From positions 500,890 to 564,889 of the forward strand of contig CAWDLQ010000010.1 of the NCBI GenBank assembly GCA_963803095.1: a stretch of 64,000 nucleotides of DNA, given 5' to 3'. Within the stretch, counting starts at the first letter, position 1, and the number at the start of each line of letters is the position of its first letter. Shown piece after piece: positions 17,706-26,226 of this stretch. The notes beneath the pieces are model-generated. The model did no database searches. It was not told the origin of the DNA and was given only the letters and a program-made list of their open reading frames with translations. The position numbers and the translations under genes are program-made. The stretch comes from an uncultured Acidobacteriaceae bacterium (lineage in GTDB: Bacteria; Acidobacteriota; Terriglobia; Terriglobales; Acidobacteriaceae).

Positions 17706-18449
17706 TCAGCGCACGCCCTGCCGCTCGCTCACTTCGACCTCGGAGCTCTTTGGGTCGCTCATTACCAGAACAAAACTGCTCCGCGAGTCGGAGCGAATCT
17801 CCTTCACGCGCTTTAAGTTAACCAGAGAAGAGCGCCGGGCGCGAAAGAATCCCCTGGAGGTGAGCGCCTCCTCCAACTCTCCCAGTTGGTAGTTCACCCA
17901 GTACGTGTCGTTCTCTACCCGCACGCGCACGATCCCACTTTCCATGTAAAAGAACAGCGCCTCCGTCGGATCCAATAAGAAGACGCGGTTCGCCTTCCTG
18001 GCTACGAGCTGCTCCATCGGGCGCAGATTTTCTCCCAACAGAGAATCCACGTTGCGCTCTTCCTCCTCGCGCGACGGACTGGGAGTAAGCAGCCGTCGAG
18101 CACGTTCGATCATCTCCTGCAGATGGTCTTGCTCAATAGGCTTCAACAGATAAGCGATCGCTCGCTCGCGAAACGCTTCCAATGCATACTCGTGAAAGCC
18201 GGTAATAAATATGGTAAGGGGACGCGGGATATCCTTCGAGAGTCCTTTCAACACCTCAAAGCCATTCAACCCAGGCATTTGAACATCTAGAAAAAGCAAC
18301 TCCGGCCGAAGGCGTTCAATAGCCTCCAACGCTCCCGGACCATCTTCAGCCTCGCCGACAATTCCGATCTGCGGATGGCGCGTGAGCAGCCTGCGCAGGC
18401 GCAGACGCGCCGCGTGTTCGTCATCTGCCAGGAACGCACGAATCTGCAT
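17706..18449 (-). CDS. LytTR family response regulator
   Basis: ORF 17706..18647 trimmed to 'MQIRAFLADDEHAARLRL' (ATG 18449). It has a receiver domain ('LLFLDVQMPGLNGFEV') plus a C-terminal LytTR DNA-binding domain. Confidence 0.85.
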   Translation of the reverse strand: MQIRAFLADDEHAARLRLRRLLTRHPQIGIVGEAEDGPGALEAIERLRPELLFLDVQMPGLNGFEVLKGLSKDIPRPLTIFITGFHEYALEAFRERAIAYLLKPIEQDHLQEMIERARRLLTPSPSREEEERNVDSLLGENLRPMEQLVARKANRVFLLDPTEALFFYMESGIVRVRVENDTYWVNYQLGELEEALTSRGFFRARRSSLVNLKRVKEIRSDSRSSFVLVMSDPKSSEVEVSERQGVR

Positions 18450-20391
18450 CTCGTTCCTCCGCAATAGGAATCTCCAGCGTTGCACGACTACCGCCGCTGT
18501 GTATGTCGACCAGCGAAAGGATGGCATCTCCGCCATACATGGTTTTGAGCCTCTCCCGGATATTCTGCAGGCCAACGCCCGCAGCGGGCTCGGCGCCCAG
18601 CAATGACCGGCTGCCCTGGCGCCGTTTCGCGAACAGGCCGATCCCATCGTCTTCTACGCTGAGCAGGATGGAATCTCCGTGGCGCTTCGCCCCTACCAGA
18701 ATTCGACATTTGCCCACCTTCGGCGCAACGCCGTGTTTAATCGCATTTTCAACCAGCGGCTGCAAAATCAGGGTGGGCACCGCGGTCTGCGTGATCGAAG
18801 ATTCCACATCAAATTCAACCAGCAGGCGCTCTCCAAATCGGATTTGCTCAATGTCCAGATAGGTCCGCAGGAATCCCATCTCCTCATCCAGTGAACTGAG
18901 GGGCCGGTCTGCGTGAAGCAGCACATAGCGGAAGATGCTGGAGAGGCGCATCGTGATCATCTCCGCCTTCTCTGGCTCAGATACGATGAGCGCGGCGATG
19001 GTATTGAGAGAATTGAAAAGAAAGTGCGGGTTGATCTGGGCCCGTAGAGCGCGAAGCTCTGCTTGCGCCAATTGCTGGCTCAATCGGCCTTCAAGACGAA
19101 CGCTCTCGATCCGCTCCTGCTCGCGGTCGAGCTCGTCCAGCCGCCTGCCCGCATGCAGCACGATCTCCTGCAGAAAGTCGAGTTCCACGCTGAGAAGGAT
19201 CTCTCTGTTCTCCGTCAGGGAGACCACCAGTTGCAGCGCGTCACCCTGAAATGGAATGGGAATAGACAGATACTTTTTCTCCTCCAGATACGGAGTTGCA
19301 TGTTGAATCGAAAGTTCCTCCAACTTCATCCCCAGGACCTCAGCAACCAGCGTTTGCATCGCGGTCATGACCTCTGATTTGGAATCCAATAATCCAAGCC
19401 GGTCACGAAATTCACGCACTGCAAGACGGGTATCGGGCTTCCCGAAGATTCTGCGCTCGACCAGAATGTCGGTCCATCGCGCCAGGCGTCCGTAGAGCAT
19501 CACCGCGCAGCCGGCGACCACAGCAGCGATGACGATGCTGGCGGCTCTGCGAGACGCGCCAGTCAACCCTATCGAAGCGATGGGGCCGAAGATGACAACC
19601 GCTGCCATCAGCGCCAGTGCTGCGCCCAGAACCAGGCGAAGCGCCTGTTTGGCAAAAATATCCGCTGCCCTGAAGCGGGAGAAATAGAACAGAGCGCCGA
19701 TCACCACCAACCCGCTGCTCTGAAACTTCGTAACCTCAACCAGCTGCGCAAGGGAGGCCGGCAATGAGAGGCAAGTGCCGAGAATAGCGCTGGCTGAGCT
19801 GAGGGAGAGCCCCGCGATCATCAAAGTCACAGCGACACGATCGAGGGTGTTTCCAAGCGTGCCGGGTAGCAAAACCACACCTCCCAGCACTACCAGTACC
19901 AGTCCATTGTAGAAAGTCAGGTCTGCGATGGAGCGATTCAGGAGCAACGCCGGAGTATGCGACCAATGGGCAGGTCCCCATGCACCCACGATCAGTGCGG
20001 ATGCAATCAGTACTCCGCTCGCCGCGCCATAGTAGACGAGAGCGTCTCCAAACTTGCGTCGCGCCTTGGATACGGCATTGTTCCGCCAGATCTCCATGAT
20101 GCTCAACGGCAGCATCGCAGCTGCGCTGAAACCCACAGATCGTATCTGCTGCAACAGGTCACTCTGGTGAGAAAAGCCCAGCACCAGAGCAATGTTCTTG
20201 GCCAAACCGGAACAGTTCGCAATCAGAATACAAACAGCAAACAGGAAGCGCGGACGGCGATCCTCACCACCCGAGCGGCAAACCAGCACCAGAAGCAGAG
20301 TTGCCAGTGCCGTTCCGATAGCGAACCCGTATATCTGCCCCACCAGGCTTGCTGTTGAGAGTTGTTCCATCGCGCCTGCAGTCCAAACCAC
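18421..20391 (-). CDS. LytS/YehU-type sensor histidine kinase with a polytopic N-terminal domain
   Basis: 656 aa (alternative start at 20370). 'LRAQINPHFLFNSLNTIAALI' is the His_kinase (LytS-type) motif, followed by an HATPase_c region ('LILQPLVENAIKHG'). It overlaps the regulator start. Confidence 0.85.
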   Translation of the reverse strand: MVWTAGAMEQLSTASLVGQIYGFAIGTALATLLLVLVCRSGGEDRRPRFLFAVCILIANCSGLAKNIALVLGFSHQSDLLQQIRSVGFSAAAMLPLSIMEIWRNNAVSKARRKFGDALVYYGAASGVLIASALIVGAWGPAHWSHTPALLLNRSIADLTFYNGLVLVVLGGVVLLPGTLGNTLDRVAVTLMIAGLSLSSASAILGTCLSLPASLAQLVEVTKFQSSGLVVIGALFYFSRFRAADIFAKQALRLVLGAALALMAAVVIFGPIASIGLTGASRRAASIVIAAVVAGCAVMLYGRLARWTDILVERRIFGKPDTRLAVREFRDRLGLLDSKSEVMTAMQTLVAEVLGMKLEELSIQHATPYLEEKKYLSIPIPFQGDALQLVVSLTENREILLSVELDFLQEIVLHAGRRLDELDREQERIESVRLEGRLSQQLAQAELRALRAQINPHFLFNSLNTIAALIVSEPEKAEMITMRLSSIFRYVLLHADRPLSSLDEEMGFLRTYLDIEQIRFGERLLVEFDVESSITQTAVPTLILQPLVENAIKHGVAPKVGKCRILVGAKRHGDSILLSVEDDGIGLFAKRRQGSRSLLGAEPAAGVGLQNIRERLKTMYGGDAILSLVDIHSGGSRATLEIPIAEERDADSCVPGR

Positions 20392-20519
20392 GTCGCTTGC
20401 AGTGTCCTACAGCTCCTATCCTATCAATCCCTAAAAACATCTGAACGCAGCAAATTCAGCCTCGAACGGCCCGGGGAACCTCGCGGCGCAGGCCCGGGAT
20501 CGTTCAGCCCGCAATCGGC

Positions 20520-20615
20520 GCGTTCATGCTGAAACCCTCCGCGTTCACGCGTCGGCGCTGGTACCCACGCGTTCTCACGAGTGACACTGCGACTGTCTCA
20601 CTGCCACTGTCTCAC
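20520..20615. promoter_or_regulatory. Direct-repeat cluster (GCGTTCAYGC x2 spaced 21 bp, a third degenerate copy, and ACTGTCTCAC x2): candidate LytTR operator or promoter
   Basis: Read directly: 20520-20529, 20541-20550, 20569-20578, 20592-20601 and 20606-20615. The cluster lies between the kinase operon and the divergent gene at 20626. Confidence 0.35.
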
Positions 20616-20625
20616 GGAGGCGAGC

Positions 20626-21285
20626 ATGGCTCGAATTCACTTTAGCCGCACCATCGCAATGCTGCTCGTGATGGTCACCGCCAACGCATACACGCAGTCC
20701 GTCGCATCACGGCCCGACGGCCCTGATCCACAACCTGAAGTGGGTGTGCGCCCGCCATCCGCCCCCAGCGCGAGTGCCGCCGGCAACTACAACTTTCCTG
20801 ACGCAAACCAGCAGCTCCATAACTACCTCTACAACACCTTCGGGCCGCCGGGGCTCATTAGTACAGCGATTGGGGCGGGATTGGAACAGAGCAAACCCGC
20901 GCCTCCGGAGTGGGATTCCGGAGTCGAGGGATATGCGGAACGCTACGGCTCGAGATTCGCAATGTCGCTGGTGAGCGAAACAACTAAGTACTCACTCGGC
21001 GCTCTGCTGCATGAAGACGTCTCGTTTCATCGATGCGACTGCACCGGGCTCATCCCGCGCACTGCCCATGCGGTCGCCTCCACTCTAACGGCAAAAACGA
21101 GAACCGGAAAAACCACCTTCTCCATTCCCGCCCTGGTGTCACCGTACGCCGGGTCTTTCACTGTCGTGAATGCCTGGTATCCAAGCCGCTACGAGCCCGC
21201 CGACGCGTTTCGCATCGGAAGCATGTCATTTGTCTACAAGGTCGCAGGCAATCTGGTGGGTGAATTCATCGCTCCCCGCCGCTGA
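20626..21285 (+). CDS. Exported hypothetical protein
   Basis: ORF 20581..21285 trimmed to the ATG at 20626, preceded by GGAGG. Signal peptide 'MARIHFSRTIAMLLVMVTANAYTQS'. No recognised domain. Confidence 0.55.
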   Translation: MARIHFSRTIAMLLVMVTANAYTQSVASRPDGPDPQPEVGVRPPSAPSASAAGNYNFPDANQQLHNYLYNTFGPPGLISTAIGAGLEQSKPAPPEWDSGVEGYAERYGSRFAMSLVSETTKYSLGALLHEDVSFHRCDCTGLIPRTAHAVASTLTAKTRTGKTTFSIPALVSPYAGSFTVVNAWYPSRYEPADAFRIGSMSFVYKVAGNLVGEFIAPRR

Positions 21286-21313
21286 ATCACCGGAACAAAG
21301 AATTGGAGGTCCC

Positions 21314-22225
21314 ATGCCCGAAGAGGTTGATAGACTCGTCAGTCGCCGAACGATGTTGAGTTTAACCGCGGCTGCGGTCGCAGGATCGCTTGCCGCGTGC
21401 TCACAGCCGGCACATCCGGCGGTTTCCGCAACCCCCGCAAGGCGGCGTTTTGAGGGCAAGGTCGTTATCATCACGGGCGCGACTTCCGGAATCGGCCGTG
21501 CCGCTGCCCTTGCCTTCGCGGCGGAGGGGGCGAAGGTTGGATTTTGCGGCCGCCGGGAAGGTCTCGGCCATGCGCTGGAGCAGCAGATCCGCACCGGGGG
21601 CGCCGAAGCCGCCTACACCCGGGCCGATGTACGCGTGGAGAACGATATCAAATCATTTGTCGACCAGGTTGCGGCACGTTATGGCCGTATCGATATCGCG
21701 TTCAACAACGCCGGAATAACGCTGGAGAAGCCCCTGCACGAATACAGTTCCCAGGAATGGGACGACATCGTGCACACCAACCTGCGCGGCGTGTTCCTGG
21801 CAATGAAGTACGAGATACCGCACATGCTCGCCGGCGGCGGCGGAAACATCGTTGTGACTTCATCCTCAAACGCAATCGCGACCACCGCTCACCGCTCTGC
21901 CTATGCTGCGAGCAAGCGTGGCCTTGTCGGCCTCGTTCAGTCCGCCGCTCTCGATTATGCATCCAAAGGAATTCGCGTGAATGCCCTGATACCGGGCACA
22001 ACCGACACTGCCCTGGTAAGACGGGTAGCGCACATGGAAGGCGCCCCCGACGCAGTCTGGGAGCTAGGCGCTCATGAATGGGGAAAACATAATATTCCGA
22101 TAGGGAGGATGGCAACGCCGGAAGAGATTGCCGGCTTCGCTCTAGCGCTGGCCTCGGACGATTTCCCCTTCATGACCGGCGCGCAAATGGTGATTGACGG
22201 AGGAAAGACCGCCCAGGCGGGCTGA
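21314..22225 (+). CDS. SDR family oxidoreductase with a Tat signal and lipobox
   Basis: ORF 21170..22225 trimmed to the ATG at 21314 (GGAGG upstream). 'SRRTMLSLTAAAVAGSLAAC' is twin-arginine-like and carries an L-A-A-C lipobox. It also has 'ITGATSGIGRA' (TGxxxGxG), NNAG and YxxxK ('YAASKRG'). Confidence 0.85.
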   Translation: MPEEVDRLVSRRTMLSLTAAAVAGSLAACSQPAHPAVSATPARRRFEGKVVIITGATSGIGRAAALAFAAEGAKVGFCGRREGLGHALEQQIRTGGAEAAYTRADVRVENDIKSFVDQVAARYGRIDIAFNNAGITLEKPLHEYSSQEWDDIVHTNLRGVFLAMKYEIPHMLAGGGGNIVVTSSSNAIATTAHRSAYAASKRGLVGLVQSAALDYASKGIRVNALIPGTTDTALVRRVAHMEGAPDAVWELGAHEWGKHNIPIGRMATPEEIAGFALALASDDFPFMTGAQMVIDGGKTAQAG

Positions 22226-22257
22226 TGTCAGGCATTTTAAAAAAAAGGAGATGATCG

Positions 22258-22725
22258 ATGAATCGAACCAGGTTTCAAGTAAGCCGGTTTGTTGGAGTTC
22301 TGGTTCTCTCAGCGGCGATGCTGACTTTCCTGCTCCCTGCGCAAACTTCCAGGGCCAATACCTTGACCGTCCGGATTATCCACGCGCGCAATGCCAAAGG
22401 AACGATACGGGTCGCCTTGTTCCGGTCCGCCGAAGGATTTCCCGGAGACTCATCGAAAGCCTACCGCCTGCAAAACGCTCAAATTGATCCGCAAACGTTA
22501 AGTTCCCAAGCGGTTTTTGCCGGCCTCCCGCCAGGAGTGTATGCGGCGGCGGTATTTCACGATGAAAACATGAACGGAAAGCTTGATAAGAATCTCCTGG
22601 GAATCCCGAAAGAAGGCTATGGAGCGTCCAACAATCCAGAAAGGAGGATGAGACCTCCGAGTTTCGAAGAAACAAGCTTCTCCCTAAAGACGGATCAGTC
22701 GTGTGATATCAGGCTTATTTATTGA
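22258..22725 (+). CDS. DUF2141 domain-containing exported protein
   Basis: 155 aa with a signal peptide. 'HDENMNGKLDKNLLGIPKEGYGASNN' is the characteristic DUF2141 motif. Confidence 0.75.
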   Translation: MNRTRFQVSRFVGVLVLSAAMLTFLLPAQTSRANTLTVRIIHARNAKGTIRVALFRSAEGFPGDSSKAYRLQNAQIDPQTLSSQAVFAGLPPGVYAAAVFHDENMNGKLDKNLLGIPKEGYGASNNPERRMRPPSFEETSFSLKTDQSCDIRLIY

Positions 22726-22913
22726 TGCCCTATAAGCGCCACCGCGCTATCGCTCCGCCTACTTCGCCGCCAAGATAAGACCCCCTTCAGCTACGTCACC
22801 TCCTCGCGTTCTGCACTTTGTTCGTGTGTTTGCTATTCCTCGCCAACCCATTCGTCACATTTTGCACCTAATGGGAACTGTGTCGCGCCATCTGGCGTAA
22901 TCCCTGGAATAAA

Positions 22914-25778
22914 ATGCGAACACGATTGGAGGCTATATTGACAAGCTGGCGGCGTTTCGAGATAAAGTGCAGCGCGGCGATGCTGCTCCTGTTGATGGGA
23001 TTTCCGGGCCTGGCGCGGGCGGCGAACCTGCCTCCGGCGAAGCCGCTGGTGGTGCCGGCGCTGCCCTATGAGAAGTACACCTTGCCCAACGGCCTCGACG
23101 TCATCCTCTATGAGAACCACAAACTCCCGCTGGTTGCGGTGGATCTCTGGTATCACGTCGGGCCGGTCAATGAGAAGGTAGGGCGGACGGGCTTCGCCCA
23201 CCTCTTCGAGCACATGATGTTCGAAGGCTCGGAACATGTAGGCGAGAAGGCGCACTTCAAATACCTGGAGGGCGCGGGTGCCTCCGACATCAACGGGACA
23301 ACGAACTTTGACCGGACAAACTATTTCGAGACCCTGCCGAGCAATCAACTGGAGCTGGGACTGTGGCTGGAGAGCGACCGCATGGGGTTCCTGCTGGAGA
23401 CGCTGGACCGGGCGAAGCTGACCAACCAGCGAGACGTGGTGCGTAACGAGCGCCGGCAGGGCGAGGGAACTCCGTATGAGCTGGCCGACGAGGCGGTGGG
23501 ACACCTCTTATTCCCCAAGACCCACCCTTATTACGGAAATGTAATCGGTTCCCATGCCGACATTGAAGCAGCGCGCCTGAACGATGTTCGCGACTTCTTT
23601 CAGCACTACTACACGCCCAACAACGCCAGCGTCGCAATCGCCGGAGACTTTGACCGGGCGAAGGTGAAAGCGCTGGTGGAGAAGTATTTCGGGCCGATAC
23701 CCCGTGGGCCGGAGCCGGAGAAGCCGGTGGTAGTCACTCCGCCGATCGAGACCGAGCGCCGGGCGACAGTGACCGATACCGTGCAGCTGCCGCGCGTTTC
23801 GATAGCGTGGCTGACGCCGGAGGCGTTCAAGCCCGGCGATGCGGAAGCGGATTTCTTCATGCGCGTGCTGGGCGGCGGAAAGACCAGCCGCTTGTACCGC
23901 AAGCTGGTATATGAACAGCAAATCGCGCAGACCGTGAAATGCGAGAACAACTCCCTCACCCTCACCTCGACGGCGCAGTGCGACGTAACCGCGCGCCCGG
24001 GAGTGAAGCCGGAGGACCTCGAGGCGGCCATCGACAAGGAGATTACTTTGCTGCGCGAGAAGGGGCCGACCCAGGCGGAGCTGGATGGCGCGCGCACAGA
24101 CATTCTGACGGCGAAGATCCGGGGACTACAGCGGCTGGGAGGATTTGGCGGCGTCGCGGACATGATGGACCGCTACAACCAATACCTGGGCAACCCCGGA
24201 TATCTGCCCAAGGACATCGCCCGCTTTCAGGCGGTGACCACGGCTTCGGTACGCGCGATCGGGCAAAAGGAGTTCGGCCAGAACCAGCGGGTCGTCGTCT
24301 ATGCCGTGCAGGGGAAAAAGGTCATCGAAGATGTCCCCCGTAGTCCGGCAGATACAGATGCGAACGTGACCGTGACGCCGCCCCATTCAAAGGAGTTCGA
24401 GACCGCGCAGAGCTGGCGCAAAGATCCGCCGAAGCCCGGGCCCGCTCCGGAATTGCATCTGCCGGTGCCAAAGACCTTCGCATTGCAGAACGGGCTGAAG
24501 GTCTACCTGGTGGAGGAGCACACCCTGCCAGTCATCAGCGCAACCTTGGTTGACCTGGCGGGGAGCGAGGAGAACCCTGCTGATAAGCCCGGACTGGCTG
24601 CTTTTGCCGCGCGCATGTTGTCGGAGGGCACCACCAGCCGTAGTTCGGTCGACCTGGCAGATGATGTGGATTCCATTGGCGCACAGCTGGCCACCAATGC
24701 CACCACAGACAGGGCGGGGGCAAGCATTGGGCTGCTAAGCAACAACACAGACGCGGCGTTTACGCTGCTGTCGGATGTAAGCCTGCATCCGGCATTCAAA
24801 GCGGACGAGGTGGAGCGCATCCGCAAGCAGACCCTGGTGGCCATCCAGCAGGAAGCCGATCAGCCTGTGGCCACGGTGCTGCGCGTGGGGCAAAAGACGC
24901 TCTACGGAGACTATCCCTACGGGTACAGGGACATCGGTACGACAGCTTCGGTAAAGGCCATCACAGGTGAGGAACTGCAGCGCTTCTGGAGCGAGCATTA
25001 TGCCCCGGGGAACGCGGCCTTGTTCCTGGCCGGCGACGTAACCGAGGCGGAGGCGCGGCGGCTGGCGGAGAAGAATTTCGGCAGCTGGAAGGCGGCCGAG
25101 GCAAGACCGGCGCAGATCCCGCAGGCTCCGCCCCCTCCTGCGTGCAAGGTCGTAATCGTCGATAAGCCAGGTGCTCCGCAGACGGCGCTGATTGCCTTTG
25201 GGCTGGGACTTCCCCGGTCCGCGCCGGATTACCCGGCAGTGAATGTAATGAACAGCGTGCTGGGGGGACTCTTCTCCAGCCGGATCAACATGAACCTGCG
25301 GGAGAAGAATGGCTTTACTTACGGCGCTTTCTCAGAGTTCCTGTTCCGTCGTGGAGACGGTCCCTTCCTTGCGGGTGCCCTGGTGCGGACGGACGTGACT
25401 GGGCCGGCGGCGCGAGAGCTGTTTGCCGAGCTGAATCGTATGCGCACCGATCCGGCAACGGCGGACGAACTGCGTTTGGCCAAGGAAAATGCGCTGCGTT
25501 CGCTGCCGGGCAACTTTGAAACCGTGAACGAAACCGCCGGGCTGATGTCGGAGATCTTCACCTACGGGCTTGCGCTCGACTACTACCAGAAGTTACCGGC
25601 GCAGTATGCGGCGGTGACAGCGGCGGAGGTGGAGAAGGCGGCACAGGACCACGTGCATCCGGAGAACCTGATCGTGGTCGCGGTCGGAGACCGGGCGAAA
25701 ATCCAACCCGAGCTGGAGAAGCTGAACCTGGGCCCCATCGAGCTAAGAGATGAAAGCGGGAACCTGGTGAAGCAGTAA
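22914..25778 (+). CDS. M16 (pitrilysin/insulinase) family zinc peptidase, double-length
   Basis: 954 aa. The inverted zinc motif HxxEH appears in 'FAHLFEHMMFEGSEH'. A second inactive M16 half follows. The start could be the ATG at 22980. Confidence 0.9.
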   Translation: MRTRLEAILTSWRRFEIKCSAAMLLLLMGFPGLARAANLPPAKPLVVPALPYEKYTLPNGLDVILYENHKLPLVAVDLWYHVGPVNEKVGRTGFAHLFEHMMFEGSEHVGEKAHFKYLEGAGASDINGTTNFDRTNYFETLPSNQLELGLWLESDRMGFLLETLDRAKLTNQRDVVRNERRQGEGTPYELADEAVGHLLFPKTHPYYGNVIGSHADIEAARLNDVRDFFQHYYTPNNASVAIAGDFDRAKVKALVEKYFGPIPRGPEPEKPVVVTPPIETERRATVTDTVQLPRVSIAWLTPEAFKPGDAEADFFMRVLGGGKTSRLYRKLVYEQQIAQTVKCENNSLTLTSTAQCDVTARPGVKPEDLEAAIDKEITLLREKGPTQAELDGARTDILTAKIRGLQRLGGFGGVADMMDRYNQYLGNPGYLPKDIARFQAVTTASVRAIGQKEFGQNQRVVVYAVQGKKVIEDVPRSPADTDANVTVTPPHSKEFETAQSWRKDPPKPGPAPELHLPVPKTFALQNGLKVYLVEEHTLPVISATLVDLAGSEENPADKPGLAAFAARMLSEGTTSRSSVDLADDVDSIGAQLATNATTDRAGASIGLLSNNTDAAFTLLSDVSLHPAFKADEVERIRKQTLVAIQQEADQPVATVLRVGQKTLYGDYPYGYRDIGTTASVKAITGEELQRFWSEHYAPGNAALFLAGDVTEAEARRLAEKNFGSWKAAEARPAQIPQAPPPPACKVVIVDKPGAPQTALIAFGLGLPRSAPDYPAVNVMNSVLGGLFSSRINMNLREKNGFTYGAFSEFLFRRGDGPFLAGALVRTDVTGPAARELFAELNRMRTDPATADELRLAKENALRSLPGNFETVNETAGLMSEIFTYGLALDYYQKLPAQYAAVTAAEVEKAAQDHVHPENLIVVAVGDRAKIQPELEKLNLGPIELRDESGNLVKQ

Positions 25779-25805
25779 TGATCGCCGAACCGCAAAAGGA
25801 ATCAG

Positions 25806-25985
25806 CGGGTTGATGCTCACCATGGTCGAGTTGAGCAATTTACCGCAACGCTGCGATCCGTAATGGTGCGATGGATGGTAACAGCGGACAAAAGGAAACA
25901 AAATCAGGCAGTTCGTCCCATCCATTAATATCCCGCACAGCGCCGTCGTAGACACATTCATTTGCCTCAGATTTTGGGATTTGGC
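25806..25985 (-). pseudogene. Truncated, frameshifted remnant of an RraA-like gene (paralogous to 34961-35136)
   Basis: The minus-strand reading 'YDGAVRDINGWDELPDFVSF' followed by 'RCYHPSHHYGSQRCGKLLNSTMVSIN' parallels 'YDGAVRDINGLDELPNFVAFVRYYDPSHHYGSLRSGKLLNSTMVSIN' of the gene at 34.7-35.6 kb. Both ends are missing. Confidence 0.75.
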
Positions 25986-26058
25986 AAGGTTGCCAAATAA
26001 GTCGTTTGTTTCATGAAGATGCTCAAGGTGCTCAAGTAATTCATTTGAGCATCTTGCC
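25981..26058. repeat. Repeat module shared with 17233-17336 (CAAATAAGTC.TTTGTTTCAT.AAGATGCTCAAG...), preceded by the small palindrome TTGGCAAGGTTGCCAA
   Basis: Direct comparison of the two loci. It contains the hairpin GCTCAAGTAATTCATTTGAGC. Confidence 0.75.
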
Positions 26059-26136
26059 TCGTTGGCCGGCGGGTACTAGAGCATTTTCACTTCTACTCCG
26101 CACAGTCAAGCGCCGCGAAGTGCGGCTTTTCTTCCA

Positions 26137-26160
26137 CCCCAGCAAGCTAGCTTGCTGGGG
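26137..26160. repeat. Perfect 24-bp palindrome CCCCAGCAAGCTAGCTTGCTGGGG (preceded by the small hairpin GCCGCGAAGTGCGGC + TTTTCTT)
   Basis: Read directly. It lies about 70 bp downstream of the ATPase stop (minus strand), at the left border of the accessory segment. Confidence 0.7.
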
Positions 26161-26226
26161 ACCCCGGTACTTGAGGAAAAGCCACGTCGGGAGTGGTTGC
26201 CCTGTATACACCAGAAGCGAAATGCT

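Noticed and set aside
22833-23504. 223-aa minus-strand ORF at the start of the M16 peptidase gene
   Set aside because: It is an antisense shadow ORF with no recognisable motifs. The plus-strand gene carries the HxxEH zinc motif.
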